Assembly (NCBI RefSeq): GCF_041146345.1
Contig: NW_027191404.1
Span: 1,178,001 to 1,242,000, forward strand
Origin: Neodothiora populina
Taxonomy: Eukaryota
Length of the DNA stretch: 64,000 nt
Reading direction: 5' to 3'
Shown here: one piece after another, positions 62,692 through 64,000 of the stretch
Numbering within the stretch: the stretch's first letter is position 1
How the letters are laid out: every line of letters begins with the position of its first letter
Notes under the pieces: model-generated
Databases searched by the model: none
What the model saw: the letters and a program-made list of their open reading frames with translations, nothing else
Told to the model about the DNA's origin: nothing
Program-made: the position numbers and the translations under genes

Positions 62692-64000
62692 CTACCTCCT
62701 GCCCCTGGCCCTCGCGGCCACAGCCTCCTCCATGCGTCTAATAACGCCCTTCAGCCCCAGTCCCTTCTCACAATTCGCGACCAACCACGCCTCCATCCTC
62801 TCCCTCACAGCCCTCATACCCTTCAACAGCGGCAGTTTCCCCTCGGCCTCATCCTGAGCATGCGCAACTGGATTAAGCAGCAAATCGAAGCAATCCCGCC
62901 ATATCTCCGTCTGCCAGTAGCGCTTGAACGACTCCCTGATCCGATGCGTCTTGTTGTTCCCAGCACCCATTCCGGCGCCGATGATAGACGAGGACTTTTC
63001 CGTCACGACGGACATGTATTTCCCGAAGAGTAGCGAGTGCAACAGGCCCGCTAGCCCGTGATAGTCGATCTGGTAGGTCCAGGGCCGCATTTCGCGCATC
63101 TCCGAACAGTCGGCTGAGGTCGTCGGCCAGTCGGCGATGAATTGCGTTGAGGGCGAGAAGAGGCGCATGTCGATGCCGCGGCCGAAGTCGATTAGGGTTA
63201 TGCCCTTTTTGGACCAGGAGCATGTGCCCGAGGGTTGGTAGATTGTGGACCATGAAGAAGAGACGTCAGGGGTGGGTTTGTTGTCGATGTCGTCGAAGCG
63301 TACAAGCACGTTGTCGCCCTTCAAGTCGCCGTGGACGATGCCGTTTTTGTGCAAGGCTTCGATCGTCCTCAACAACTCGACGGCGAAAAACATCGCTAGC
63401 ATCTCTTCCATTACTCCGCCGCCGACACTGCCCCCACTGGCGTCTGCTCCCCCTCCACCACGCGCGAGGTTAACGAGGTCTAACAGCGTGCCTTGAGAGC
63501 GAAATTCTTCGATCAAGAAGCCTTCGTCTTTGAACACGTGCATCTCGTGCGCGTGTACGATCGACTCGGATGCGCGATTCACGCCCAGCCGGCGGTGTGT
63601 CTGTCGGATCATGTAAAACTCCCATGCAGAAGGGGGATCCTCCATCTTGAGTGCTTCGAGAGGTTGACGGTGGACCGATGTGAATGCGCCTTGTCCCATG
63701 CGCGCCACTGGTAGATTGCGCTCGCGCTCGTCGTCTGAAACATGATCATCACCGTCATCATGTGCTTCACTATCCTTCAAAGCCGCATCGTTCTCAATCA
63801 AGTAAACAGGCGCAAACGCTCCAGCTCCCAGCTCGCGCTTGAGCGTATACACATTCTTCGACCCAGCAAAAGTAAGAGTCGGCGCAGCTGACAGAGCGCC
63901 TGCGCCATTGGTCTTGTCGCCCGTCTTACCACCTGATTTGGCTATCGCTTTGGCATACTTGCGGATCTCAGGCACGCGACCCGAGGTCTCGTCCAGGTGC
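62692..64000 (-). CDS. BUB1: Spindle checkpoint kinase Bub1, C-terminal kinase domain; 5' part lies beyond the window
   Basis: ELGAGAFAPVY, ALKMEDPPSAWEFY, IVHGDLKGDN, LIDFGRGIDM, WTYQIDYHGLA, FKRYWQTEIW. Confidence 0.95.
   Translation of the reverse strand, partial: HLDETSGRVPEIRKYAKAIAKSGGKTGDKTNGAGALSAAPTLTFAGSKNVYTLKRELGAGAFAPVYLIENDAALKDSEAHDDGDDHVSDDERERNLPVARMGQGAFTSVHRQPLEALKMEDPPSAWEFYMIRQTHRRLGVNRASESIVHAHEMHVFKDEGFLIEEFRSQGTLLDLVNLARGGGGADASGGSVGGGVMEEMLAMFFAVELLRTIEALHKNGIVHGDLKGDNVLVRFDDIDNKPTPDVSSSWSTIYQPSGTCSWSKKGITLIDFGRGIDMRLFSPSTQFIADWPTTSADCSEMREMRPWTYQIDYHGLAGLLHSLLFGKYMSVVTEKSSSIIGAGMGAGNNKTHRIRESFKRYWQTEIWRDCFDLLLNPVAHAQDEAEGKLPLLKGMRAVRERMEAWLVANCEKGLGLKGVIRRMEEAVAARARGRR

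Overview
Gene-dense, intron-containing DNA from a filamentous ascomycete (Pezizomycotina, probably Dothideomycete-like, inferred from gene content and short CTRAC-branch introns). It holds about 24 loci: MRJP/yellow-like protein, ribosomal eL42, Src1/Heh1, a RING protein, DDHD phospholipase A1, hotdog thioesterase, the APSES regulator StuA, a cytochrome P450, a small secreted protein, a MIT-domain protein, mitochondrial uL11m, a degenerate lipase-NACHT-ankyrin NLR, Mpe1, Qcr9, PYM, flotillin, a PhzF-like isomerase, Isc1, Swd3/WDR5, Csn3, Bub1 and two hypothetical genes. No transposon, tRNA or rRNA was recognised. The most striking signal is the stuA leader. A spliced uORF is followed by about 1045 nt with no ATG, and this stretch holds a spliced 228-codon open frame continuous with StuA, pointing to a non-AUG-initiated long isoform. 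Other leads are an intronic AATAAA inside the Mpe1 zinc knuckle, a candidate UUG-initiated mitochondrial presequence on the DDHD lipase, the NLR pseudogene, two GC-AG introns, a TACCT/AGGTA intergenic palindrome and a promoter minisatellite. All gene models were derived by hand; no database searches were run.
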